Assembly (NCBI GenBank): GCA_016432365.1
Contig: CP066686.1
Coordinates: 554,319 to 618,318, forward strand
Direction: 5' to 3'
Length of the DNA stretch: 64,000 bases
Source of the DNA: Candidatus Woesebacteria bacterium
GTDB lineage: Bacteria > Patescibacteriota > Microgenomatia > UBA8517
Position numbers and translations under genes: made by a program. The notes below the pieces were generated by a model. The model was not told where the DNA came from. It searched no databases and saw nothing but the letters and a program-made list of their open reading frames with translations. Of the stretch, positions 55,760 to 64,000 are shown piece by piece (position 1 is the first letter of the stretch; each line of letters opens with the position of its first letter).

Positions 55760-57745
55760 TTATTTGTGAAACTTGTTGAAATATCTCCAGAAGTCGAACC
55801 CAGGTTTGGAGGAATGTGTATCTTTGGGTTCCCCTTTATCGGTTAAAATATCTTCTTCTGGATTCTCTGAACTAAATTCAATAAGTTTAATTTTTTGTTT
55901 TAAACCTTTAAATTTATATTCTTTGTATAAAGTTTTTCCATTGGGAAGGAATTGGGCTACAATAAAAGAAGTAGTATCCGAGGTTGGGATTATTTGTAGT
56001 CGATAATCGCCATCGTTGGGATTCATAATGGCTACCATTCCGTTATCACTTTGGATGGTGGTACCGTTTTTGTCAGTTACCCAAAAATTTCCCGGGTATC
56101 CAACAAGGACTAAAGCAGAAGCCGGATCCAAATATGGTGGGTCTGCAATTCCCGGGGAACCAAAAAATTCTAAAATTTTGCTTACTCCTTCTGTTGACGC
56201 GATAATTCCCGAGTGAGATTGATTTATGACCTCGTTAGAAGTTGCGCCCGGAATTTGTGCACTATCAACTAAAACCATACCGTCGCCTTCATTAACATTT
56301 TCTTTTCTGATAGGTTTTCCGTCCGGCCATGAAGAATTTTTGATAACATCAATTATCTTTAAAGTGGATTTCCCAGTTCCAGCAAGTGTTCCCACCTTCA
56401 CTCCCCAAAATGGACTAACAAAGTTTGTTGGTAAATAATCATTTTTTGTTTTCATGGTATTAACATCTTTTAATTCACTTGTTTTGAAGTCCCTTAAGTA
56501 GTCATATATTGGAAGCATATTTTTAAACGATGCTGGAACACCACAGTGCTTGAATAGCAATGTCGCAGCAATCCTCTCAACCAGATCGTTTGCCCAAATT
56601 TCTCCACCAACGACCGCCGGGTAGGCGAGTGCCAGACCTTTATGAGGGCTCCCAACGGTTAGTAGTTTTGAGGCCTTACCGCCGTTTTGATTTTCCAGAT
56701 AACTTCTACCTATTAAACCTCCAAGACTGTGACCAACAATATCCACCTTTTCATTTACGTCGACATTTGAATTTATAAAGTTAGAAAAAAGCGCTGAGTT
56801 TTCCGGGACTTGTTTTCTCCAGTCATAGTTAAAAGTAGTTAGGTCCCAACCCGCGGAAGCTAATGAACTTAATAGTTGTGAATATACATTTTTTGCGTAT
56901 GGTGCCATTGTCCAACTTCCGGAATAACCCGAGTCTTTACAGTTTATTAACGCATCGACATTCCAACTGGCCCCTGTTCCCGGAATTAAAAAAACTTTTG
57001 TAACTGGTGTAGGAGTTGGAGATGGTGTAGGTGTTGGGGTAGGAGTGGGGGTGGGGGAGGGCGATGGACTAGGTGAAGGAGTTGGAGTTTCCGTCGGAAT
57101 TTCGGTTACAACAACATTGTCAAACCAGACTTCGGATAAAGAGGCCCCGGTTGTTATGGCAAGCCCAATTTTACCTGAAAGGATTGGATTATTATCATCT
57201 ATATAATCTATCGTTGGAGTAGGGTTGTTGGCAATAAAAACTCTTATTCGATTACCAACTAAAAGTATTCGAAAATGCGTGACGGTGTTATCAGGCAGGG
57301 AAATGGCGTAATTAACTGGTTCGAATCCCTCATTTAGGATCCACTTTTGGAGCCATATGCGATTTGGATACATGTGCAGCGAGTAGGTTATGGGCATATC
57401 TAGGCTTGGATTAGCCAACGATCTCTGAGGTGTGACTCTGAAAAAGACGTTTCTATCAATTCCGCTGATAGGCAACATATCAAATGAAAATTCGTAATCA
57501 GACCAGTTAAAATCACCACCTTCAACTTCTGAGATTGAAGATGAACTATTCAGATTTAAACCGTACCGCATACTACCTTGGATAAAGCTTCTTTGCCAGT
57601 TACCATGGATGACTGACCATTGGGAAGTGTTGTCTGTCTCAAAATTGTCTTGGAATAAAATATTCTGAGCCTTCGTCAATTTAGGAGCAGACAGGAATAA
57701 TATACCTAAAAATACTACAACAACAAAACGAAATATAAGTTTCAT
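55760..57745 (-). CDS. Secreted multidomain lipase/esterase: signal peptide, ConA/LamG-like jelly-roll domain, (PT/PS)n linker, alpha/beta-hydrolase lipase domain (GHSLGG), C-terminal beta-rich domain
   Basis: N-terminal signal peptide (LGILFLSAPKLTKA). Linker TPTPSPSPSPSPTPTPTPTPTPSPTPTP. Nucleophile elbow VDIVGHSLGGLIGRSY, typical of lipase class 2/PGAP1-like enzymes. Confidence 0.7.
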   Translation of the reverse strand: MKLIFRFVVVVFLGILFLSAPKLTKAQNILFQDNFETDNTSQWSVIHGNWQRSFIQGSMRYGLNLNSSSSISEVEGGDFNWSDYEFSFDMLPISGIDRNVFFRVTPQRSLANPSLDMPITYSLHMYPNRIWLQKWILNEGFEPVNYAISLPDNTVTHFRILLVGNRIRVFIANNPTPTIDYIDDNNPILSGKIGLAITTGASLSEVWFDNVVVTEIPTETPTPSPSPSPSPTPTPTPTPTPSPTPTPVTKVFLIPGTGASWNVDALINCKDSGYSGSWTMAPYAKNVYSQLLSSLASAGWDLTTFNYDWRKQVPENSALFSNFINSNVDVNEKVDIVGHSLGGLIGRSYLENQNGGKASKLLTVGSPHKGLALAYPAVVGGEIWANDLVERIAATLLFKHCGVPASFKNMLPIYDYLRDFKTSELKDVNTMKTKNDYLPTNFVSPFWGVKVGTLAGTGKSTLKIIDVIKNSSWPDGKPIRKENVNEGDGMVLVDSAQIPGATSNEVINQSHSGIIASTEGVSKILEFFGSPGIADPPYLDPASALVLVGYPGNFWVTDKNGTTIQSDNGMVAIMNPNDGDYRLQIIPTSDTTSFIVAQFLPNGKTLYKEYKFKGLKQKIKLIEFSSENPEEDILTDKGEPKDTHSSKPGFDFWRYFNKFHK

Positions 57746-57816
57746 TTATTCGATACTGAATATACTACAGAACAATTTCAGTTGTTTGTCAAGTGATATG
57801 TTGCTAAAATTCGAGC

Positions 57817-58545
57817 ATGAAGATTTATGAGGGTTACCACAAAGACCGTAAACCGCAAACACGAATCATTACAAGAAATGATTTCACCTATCATACGATC
57901 CTGTCTTATTTGTCAAAATATGTTAATAAAAAGAAAGAAGTATTGGATATTGGATGTGGGGTAGGAGCAGTTGATTTATATTTGGGTAACCTAGGAGTTA
58001 GTGTGTTGGGAATAGATATATCTAAAAATGGCATTGCAATCGCTAAGGAAAATGCCAAACATTTAGGGGTTGCTCATTTTGTGAAATTTACAATAATGGA
58101 TTTTCCAAGAAGATTGCCAAAAAAACAGTTCGATTTGGTAATTTGTTCTGAGGTTTTAGAGCATATAGTTAACGATAAAAGTGCTGTAGAAAAGATTTTC
58201 AAACTATTAAAGACCGGCGGAGTGGTAATTGCTTCTTCCCCCTCAGAAAATGCGCCGCTTTATCGAATGGGTGTATTAAGAAAATTTGAACAGAAGGTTG
58301 GGCATCTACGTCGGTATTCAGTAAAGAATTTTAGTCGTATGTTTACGGCTTCAGGATTTGAAATCTTAGAAACTAAAAAAACAGAAGGGTTACTAAGGAA
58401 TTTTCTATTTACAAATTTTTTTGGTGGTTTTCTATTGCGGATATTGAATAAATGGCCATTTTCAGAAATAGTGACATTTTTAGACGATATCACAGTCCCG
58501 ATTTTTGGAGAGTCTAATATTTATATAGTTGCTAAGAAAAAATGA
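57817..58545 (+). CDS. Class I SAM-dependent methyltransferase
   Basis: Motif I VLDIGCGVGAV, post-I LGIDIS, motif II LVICSEVLEH. Confidence 0.8.
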   Translation: MKIYEGYHKDRKPQTRIITRNDFTYHTILSYLSKYVNKKKEVLDIGCGVGAVDLYLGNLGVSVLGIDISKNGIAIAKENAKHLGVAHFVKFTIMDFPRRLPKKQFDLVICSEVLEHIVNDKSAVEKIFKLLKTGGVVIASSPSENAPLYRMGVLRKFEQKVGHLRRYSVKNFSRMFTASGFEILETKKTEGLLRNFLFTNFFGGFLLRILNKWPFSEIVTFLDDITVPIFGESNIYIVAKKK

Positions 58546-59459
58546 ACATCCTATTTCTTACCAGGCTTTATCATCCACACATTGGCGGGGTGGAAAAACA
58601 CGTTTTCGAAGTAGCTAAGAGTTTAGAGCGAAAAGGGAAAAGTGTAACTATACTAACGGAAAAATTTGACTCAAAACTGAAAGATCAGGAAACGACTAAG
58701 GGAATAAAAGTTGTAAGATTTTCTTATCCTCACATAAAATTCTTTGGGCTTATATTTATTTGGTTGGAAATATTTAAAAATAGAAAACTGATTCAAGATG
58801 CAGACGTAGTTCATATCCACGATGTTTTTATTTGGTATTTGCCGTTTAGGTTTTTATTTCCGAGAAAGCCCGTATTTACGACGATTCACGGGCTGGAGTG
58901 GGACAATCCATTATCAAGGTCCGGTGTTTGGCAAAAAAGGCTCGCCGTTAGGCTTTCAACGGGGACGGTCGGGGTTGGTAAATTTTTAGAAAAATACTTG
59001 AAAATTAAATTTAATAAAATAATTTATGGTGCCACAATATTAATACATAACAATATAGTTAAAGATAAAAATGAAATTGTATATGTAGGAAGGTTGGAAA
59101 AAAATACAGGTTTGCTAAAGTTCCTGGAATGGTTAGATAGAAATTCGAAATATGAAGTTGATTTTTGTGGGGATGGTCGGCTTAGAAAAGAGTGCGAACA
59201 ATATGGAAAAGTACACGGGTTCACTGACCCGATCCCTTTTTTTAAAAAAGCAAAATATTGTGTCCCCGGAGGATATTTGGCGGCATTTGAAGCAAAGGCA
59301 TATGGTTGTGAGTTAAAGCTATTCGGAAATAGTAAAATAAAGGAAGACTATTGGAAGATGTCTCCTTTTACTGGTCCTGAAGTTAAAAAGTGGGTAAAGT
59401 CTCAAACTTGGGACAACTTGGCAAATGAATATCTCGATCTGTATTACAACACTAAATGA
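58542..59459 (+). CDS. GT4-like glycosyltransferase (short, 305 aa)
   Basis: N-terminus MNILFLTRLYHPHIGGVEKHV is GT4-like. The C-domain is shorter than usual. Confidence 0.55.
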   Translation: MNILFLTRLYHPHIGGVEKHVFEVAKSLERKGKSVTILTEKFDSKLKDQETTKGIKVVRFSYPHIKFFGLIFIWLEIFKNRKLIQDADVVHIHDVFIWYLPFRFLFPRKPVFTTIHGLEWDNPLSRSGVWQKRLAVRLSTGTVGVGKFLEKYLKIKFNKIIYGATILIHNNIVKDKNEIVYVGRLEKNTGLLKFLEWLDRNSKYEVDFCGDGRLRKECEQYGKVHGFTDPIPFFKKAKYCVPGGYLAAFEAKAYGCELKLFGNSKIKEDYWKMSPFTGPEVKKWVKSQTWDNLANEYLDLYYNTK

Positions 59460-60369
59460 AGAAGATTCGGTAGAGCGGCTTCTAGACTCTCTTTTGATGC
59501 AATCAAAAAAACCTGATCAGATTATTATTGTTGATGGTGGTTCCCAGGATAAAACAGTCGAAATAATCAGGCATTATCAAAAAAAAGACGGTCGTATTAA
59601 ACTTCTTGTCGAAAAATGTTCAAGGGCCAGAGGCCGTAATTTGGGTGTTGAAATTGCCATAGGTGAGATTGTTCTAATGACCGATGCCGGTTGTGTAGCT
59701 TCACCCGATTGGGTTAAGAATATTGTTTCTCCCTTTGAGAATGCAGGAGTGGACGTTGTGGCTGGATTCTACAAAATGGTGTCAAACAACTTTTTTCAAA
59801 AGGCAGAGTCGGTGTTTTTGGGTACTAGGCCAAACGACTTCGATGTTAATTTTTTACCTTCGACACGCTCAATCGCCTTTACTAAACAAATTTGGGAAAA
59901 AGTCGGAGGTTTTCCTGAAAGCGTAAAGGGAGCAGCGGAGGATACTATTTTCAATTACAAATTGTTGAAAGCAGGAGCTAGGATTTCACGCATGAAAAAT
60001 GCAGTTGTAGGGTGGGGGATGCCAGGGTCGATCAAGGACTTCAGATCAAAGATCTATGAATATGCAAAGGGCGATGCAAAATCAAAAATTTGGATATTTC
60101 CCGGAAAAGGATTTACGTCGCACAATATTAAAGTGCTTTTTGTTGCCTTCCGCTACCTAGCTGGCTTTTCATTATTAGTATTTACTTTCAAATTTCATTT
60201 CCTACTTCCCTATTTGTTTATATGCGTTTTTGCTTATTTGATTTTTGCTTTTCGGAAAATCTATTTAGAATTTCGCGATTGGAGAGTTGCCGTTTGGGGA
60301 CCATTTCTTCAAATTGTTTCCGATCTTGGTGTCACGGGAGGGTTTGTATCAGGTATACTTAACAGGTAA
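59425..60369 (+). CDS. Glycosyltransferase family 2 with C-terminal TM segments
   Basis: ISICITTLNEEDSVERLLDSL...IIIVDGGSQDKT GT2 signature. Hydrophobic C-terminus. Confidence 0.8.
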   Translation: MNISICITTLNEEDSVERLLDSLLMQSKKPDQIIIVDGGSQDKTVEIIRHYQKKDGRIKLLVEKCSRARGRNLGVEIAIGEIVLMTDAGCVASPDWVKNIVSPFENAGVDVVAGFYKMVSNNFFQKAESVFLGTRPNDFDVNFLPSTRSIAFTKQIWEKVGGFPESVKGAAEDTIFNYKLLKAGARISRMKNAVVGWGMPGSIKDFRSKIYEYAKGDAKSKIWIFPGKGFTSHNIKVLFVAFRYLAGFSLLVFTFKFHFLLPYLFICVFAYLIFAFRKIYLEFRDWRVAVWGPFLQIVSDLGVTGGFVSGILNR

Positions 60370-61589
60370 TGGGTTATTTTAAGGATACATTAAAAGGTCT
60401 AAGCTGGATGACGGCTTTTAGGGTCCTGTACCGTATTATTGGTGTTGTACGGATTGCAATCATTGCACACATCCTCACCCCTTTTAGTTTAGGAGTGTTT
60501 GGAATTGTTACCATAGTTCTAGGATTTTTGGAGATAATTACGGAAACGGGAATTAACATTTTTCTTATTCAGGAAAAGGAGGATATTGATAACTACATAG
60601 ATACGGCGTGGGTTGTTTCCATAATCCGCGGTTTTTTAATCTCCGTACTAATTTTTGTTGCAGCAGCCCCCATTTCAGGTTTTTTCAATTCGCCGGGATC
60701 GAAGACCCTTTTATATATCGCTTCTTTAGTACCGTTAATTCGCGGTTTGATTAACCCATCAATCGTTAAATTTCAAAAGGAGTTACTATTCAATAAAGAA
60801 TTTTTATACAGAGTTTCGGTCTTTTCAGTTGAATGTCTCGTCTCGGTATTGGGTGTGATTATTTTAAAATCTGCATTAGGGATGGTTTGGGGACTGGTGG
60901 CGAGTGCCGCATATGAGGTTGTTTTTACATTTGCTGTCGCCAAACCTTGGCCGAAGTTTAATTTTGACGCAGTTAAAACCAGGCGAGTGATCGAAAGGGG
61001 GAAATGGGTAACACTTTTCGGGATTTTTGATTATTTTTATACTCAAAGCGACAATGTCGTTGTTGGTAAGATTTTGGGTGTTGCCCCACTTGGTATTTAT
61101 CAAAATGCTTATAAAATTTCCACAGCTCCTCTAACTGAAGTTGGTGATATTTTCTACAGAGTAACATTCCCTATTTTTTCTAAGATTTCGGGTGACGCGG
61201 CAAGGCTTAAATCTGCTTTTATCAAAAACACTGTAACGAATTTTGTTTTAATGACTTCTGCCGGAATAATTGTTTTTATTTTTGCCGGCCCAATAGTCAG
61301 TATTCTTTTTGGAAAAGGGTGGGAGGGCGCTATCCCTGTGGTAAAACTTCTTTCTATACTTGGTGTTGTCCGCGGAGTGGCCAGTTCGACAAACTCGTTA
61401 TTAGTTGCAAAAGAAAAGCAAAAATATTCGGCAATAATTACGATTGTTAGTACGCTTGGTCTTTGGGTGACGATTATTCCACTTACGAAAGCTTACGGAA
61501 TAATAGGAGCCGGGATGTCTGCCATCGTAGGAACCCTAATCTCACTTCCATTTACAGTCTATTTTATATTTAAAACACTTAAGACCTGA
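60369..61589 (+). CDS. wzx: Wzx-type polysaccharide flippase (MOP/PST family)
   Basis: 406 aa, about 12 TM, topology and size match polysaccharide-biosynthesis Wzx proteins. Sits inside the glycan locus. Confidence 0.7.
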   Translation: MGYFKDTLKGLSWMTAFRVLYRIIGVVRIAIIAHILTPFSLGVFGIVTIVLGFLEIITETGINIFLIQEKEDIDNYIDTAWVVSIIRGFLISVLIFVAAAPISGFFNSPGSKTLLYIASLVPLIRGLINPSIVKFQKELLFNKEFLYRVSVFSVECLVSVLGVIILKSALGMVWGLVASAAYEVVFTFAVAKPWPKFNFDAVKTRRVIERGKWVTLFGIFDYFYTQSDNVVVGKILGVAPLGIYQNAYKISTAPLTEVGDIFYRVTFPIFSKISGDAARLKSAFIKNTVTNFVLMTSAGIIVFIFAGPIVSILFGKGWEGAIPVVKLLSILGVVRGVASSTNSLLVAKEKQKYSAIITIVSTLGLWVTIIPLTKAYGIIGAGMSAIVGTLISLPFTVYFIFKTLKT

Positions 61590-62337
61590 AAGGAACAAAA
61601 TGTTTCTTAAAAGAAAGAAGATCTTCTTCAAGTGGAATTTTAATGTCTGAATCTACGAATGAATTCGGTGGCAGATTTGCTTTTCCTTTCTCGTTAACAA
61701 AGTTGCTCGGCTGAATCAATTTTCGATCAACGTCAAAAGTTTTAGCCACTTTTATTGCAAATTTGTACTTGGATATTTTTCTTTCGGTAAAAATATTAAG
61801 TATTCCTTTTTTATCTCTGTTTTTGTAAATTTCCTCAATCAACCGATTTATGGATACAGGGTTAAAGAAAGCGTTTTTGTAGGCATTTGTAACGTTACCC
61901 GAAACCAGAGATTTGATAATGTAATATTTATTGCTGTAAAAACTTGTTCTAATTACCAGATTTTTTGACTTATCGATAAGTTTTTCACTTATTAGTTTGG
62001 AATATCCATAAACATTAGTTGGATTAACTGCATAGTCTGAGGAAAGGTGTATTAATTTTTTGTTATATTTTCGGGAAAGTGTGTCCAAATTCCGAACGGA
62101 AATGGAGTTAACATTAAAACATTCTTCAGGGTTTTTCTCGGCGTATCCAATATCGGTAATTGCGGCGCAATTGATTATGTAGTGTGCATCGGATTTTTGG
62201 ATTACTTTTTCTAAAATCTTAATATCTGTTATATCGCACTTGCTTTTGTTCAAAGAAACGCACCTTTCCTTGTAAGTTTGAGTAAAATATTTGGCTAGTG
62301 TTGATTCTCCACCGAGAATCAGAAAATCTTTGGTCAT
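61579..62337 (-). CDS. RmlD-like NDP-4-keto-6-deoxyhexose reductase (dTDP-4-dehydrorhamnose reductase family)
   Basis: MTKDFLILGGESTLA Rossmann start, CAAITDI, catalytic YGYSK. About 250 aa from the internal Met (the ORF-track start is 15 codons earlier). Confidence 0.7.
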   Translation of the reverse strand: MTKDFLILGGESTLAKYFTQTYKERCVSLNKSKCDITDIKILEKVIQKSDAHYIINCAAITDIGYAEKNPEECFNVNSISVRNLDTLSRKYNKKLIHLSSDYAVNPTNVYGYSKLISEKLIDKSKNLVIRTSFYSNKYYIIKSLVSGNVTNAYKNAFFNPVSINRLIEEIYKNRDKKGILNIFTERKISKYKFAIKVAKTFDVDRKLIQPSNFVNEKGKANLPPNSFVDSDIKIPLEEDLLSFKKHFVPFRS

Positions 62338-62384
62338 GGCAATTTGAGAGAATGTTAGCACAAAATTTGGTAAACTACACACGA

Positions 62385-63641
62385 ATGATTAAGAAAGAGG
62401 TAAAAATAGGAAAATTCAAAAAGAGAAAAACTTGCAGATTTTGCAAAAGCCGTAAGTTGATTAAATTTCTTGATTTTGGCCACATGCCCCACGCTGGCAA
62501 CTATCTTAAACCCAAGGAGGTGGGGAAAGAGTATTATTACCCCCTGAGAATTTTCTTTTGTAAGAACTGTGGCTTAATTCAAAACCTGGACATTATTTCT
62601 TCCGAGACATTATTTAAAAATTATCACTACTTGTCATCGGTAAGTTTAACTAAGCATTTTCAGGAATATGCCAAGGAAGTAAAAAAGAAATTTTTGAATA
62701 AAAATTCCTTTATCGTGGAAATTGGCAGTAATGACGGTGTTTTACTTTTGCCGCTTTCAAAAATGGGTTTTAAAGTTCTCGGGGTTGATCCGGCTGTCAA
62801 TGTTGGAAGAATTGCCAAGAAAAAAGATCTGGATATTATTGTTGATTATTTTGGAGTTAAAGTGGCTGACAATATTGTAAAGAAAAATGGAAAAGCTGAT
62901 TTAATTTTGGCAAATAATGTTTTGGCACATATCGATGATATGAACAATGTTTTTAAGGGTATAGGTAAACTTCTTAAGGACGACGGCGTGCTAATTTTTG
63001 AAGTCCACTATTTCCCCGACCTATTAAAGCGGCTTCAATACGACTTTTTCTACGGTGAACACCTGAGTTACTACAACGTGTCGACATTGATAACATTTTT
63101 AAATAAATACAATCTGGAAATATTCGATGTTAAAAAGATGCCTATACACTCCGGTTCAATACGTGTATACGCTAAATTTAAAGGTAACAACAGATTAAAG
63201 ACAAAAGCCGGTGTTTTGAAATTGGTGAAGTATGAAGATGATTTGGATCGTGTTGATGAAAAAATTTTGGAAAACTTTAATTTAAAAATTGATAAGCACA
63301 GATCAGATATAAAAAAATTATTAATGGATATCAAAAAGGGCGGCTCAAGGATCGTGGGCTATGGGGCCGGGGGGCGTGCAAACACTTTTTTGTGCTCTTG
63401 TGATGTCAATAACGACCTTTTGGATTATATAGTTGACGAATCACCAGAAAGACAGGGGAAGTTTACTCCTGGAACACACATTCCGATTGTTTCGCCGGAA
63501 ATATTTAGAAAAGATAAAGTAAAATATGTACTACTTCTTGCATGGAATTATAAAAAAGAAATAATTAAAAAAGAGCAAGCTTTTGCAAAAAATGGAGGTA
63601 AATTTATTGTCTCGTTTCCTAAAATACATCTAGTCCATTAA
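62385..63641 (+). CDS. NDP-hexose C-methyltransferase (TcaB9/TylC3/NovU family: Zn-ribbon + SAM MTase + C-MT C-terminal domain)
   Basis: CRFC...CKNC zinc ribbon, FIVEIGSNDG SAM motif, IHSGSIRVYA, IVGYGAGGRANTF, FTPGTHIPIV, LLLAWNYKKEIIKKEQAF...GG. Each corresponds to segments of TcaB9 (recalled from memory). Start taken at the Met 13 residues before the first Cys. Confidence 0.75.
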   Translation: MIKKEVKIGKFKKRKTCRFCKSRKLIKFLDFGHMPHAGNYLKPKEVGKEYYYPLRIFFCKNCGLIQNLDIISSETLFKNYHYLSSVSLTKHFQEYAKEVKKKFLNKNSFIVEIGSNDGVLLLPLSKMGFKVLGVDPAVNVGRIAKKKDLDIIVDYFGVKVADNIVKKNGKADLILANNVLAHIDDMNNVFKGIGKLLKDDGVLIFEVHYFPDLLKRLQYDFFYGEHLSYYNVSTLITFLNKYNLEIFDVKKMPIHSGSIRVYAKFKGNNRLKTKAGVLKLVKYEDDLDRVDEKILENFNLKIDKHRSDIKKLLMDIKKGGSRIVGYGAGGRANTFLCSCDVNNDLLDYIVDESPERQGKFTPGTHIPIVSPEIFRKDKVKYVLLLAWNYKKEIIKKEQAFAKNGGKFIVSFPKIHLVH

Positions 63642-63644
63642 AAA

Positions 63645-64000
63645 ATGAAGAAAAACATTGAAGTTTCAGTAATTGTTGGGCACTACGGTAGAGGAAGTGA
63701 AGTTTACAAGTGCTTGGATAAACTCAAAATAATCAAATCGAAATTTAAATCTGTTGAATTCATTTTGGTGGACAACAACGATGCCAAACTTGAGAAAAAT
63801 ATATTTAAGAGAAAATATTCTTGGGTAAAATACATCCCCTCTCCAAAAAATTTAGGATGGGGGGCGGGACGAAATTTAGGAATCAAACACTCGACCGGAA
63901 AGTATATTTTTTCTATCGACTCGGATATACTTATCGATCTTCAATCCTTTAATAATATTTACGATATCTTGAAAAAAGATGGCAAAATTGGGATGGTGAT
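63645..64000 (+). CDS. Glycosyltransferase family 2 (N-terminal part; runs off the window end)
   Basis: ATG at 63645 is 3 nt after the upstream stop. VSVIVGHYGRG...FILVDNNDAK...GWGAGRNLG...DSD are GT2 motifs. No stop before the window end. Confidence 0.6.
   Translation, partial: MKKNIEVSVIVGHYGRGSEVYKCLDKLKIIKSKFKSVEFILVDNNDAKLEKNIFKRKYSWVKYIPSPKNLGWGAGRNLGIKHSTGKYIFSIDSDILIDLQSFNNIYDILKKDGKIGMV

Noticed and set aside
55773-56778. Four small + strand ORFs antisense to the lipase gene
   Set aside because: Shadow ORFs of the Pro/Thr/Gly-rich lipase gene. The GGTGTTGG repeat DNA generates open antisense frames.
1-64000. CRISPR array / cas operon around the Cas4-like gene
   Set aside because: I looked for regularly spaced direct repeats of 25-40 nt across the window and found none. 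The only tandem repeat (29382-29441) has 19-nt units with no spacers. The Cas4-like nuclease is therefore treated as stand-alone.

Overview
This is a 64-kb window of AT-rich (about 38-40% GC by eye), very gene-dense DNA, transcribed almost entirely on the + strand. The gene content (many glycosyltransferases, LCP protein, compact RecO, a fused division/cell-wall cluster, short intergenic regions) points to a small-genome monoderm lineage such as CPR/Patescibacteria. That is inference, not proof.

Layout of the window:
- A roughly 12-kb surface-glycan locus at 0.3-12.2 kb: GT2 and GT4 glycosyltransferases, an O-antigen-ligase-like protein, a PMT/ArnT-family GT-C, manC, a phosphoglycosyltransferase and a large DUF4012-like membrane protein.
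- recO, znuCB-like ABC transporter, a DEDDy exonuclease, msrB, a membrane protein plus Cas4-like Fe-S nuclease pair, LCP, TspO and glyQS.
- An unusually complete division/cell-wall cluster at 21.5-50 kb: mraZ-rsmH-ftsL-ftsI-murA-yvcK-[structured leader]-glmS ... murE::glmU-domain fusion, alpha/beta hydrolase, murC::murB fusion, murD-murI-ddl-murF-mraY-ftsW-murG-ftsQ-ftsA-ftsZ-ileS-rodA.
- rplU and rpmA separated by a single oppositely oriented GC-rich (about 55-58%) gene that has its own SD and terminator; then parB, lepB, an IMPDH-family gene, a PRTase and tRNA-Val(CAC).
- A secreted lipase with a lectin-like domain and a Pro/Thr linker.
- A second glycan locus (methyltransferase, GTs, Wzx flippase, RmlD-like reductase, TcaB9/TylC3-like sugar C-methyltransferase).

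Findings most worth a second look:
- A probable glmS ribozyme in the glmS leader, directly downstream of yvcK/glmR.
- The MurE-GlmU(uridyltransferase) and MurC-MurB fusions with a hydrolase wedged between them.
- The GC-rich foreign gene inserted between L21 and L27.
- A 3x10-bp-phased ATGGT repeat operator overlapping the mraZ promoter.
- AT-rich palindromes placed immediately before the ftsZ and guaB-like start codons.
- The C-methylated-deoxysugar signature in the second glycan locus.

I found no CRISPR array, rRNA or obvious transposase.
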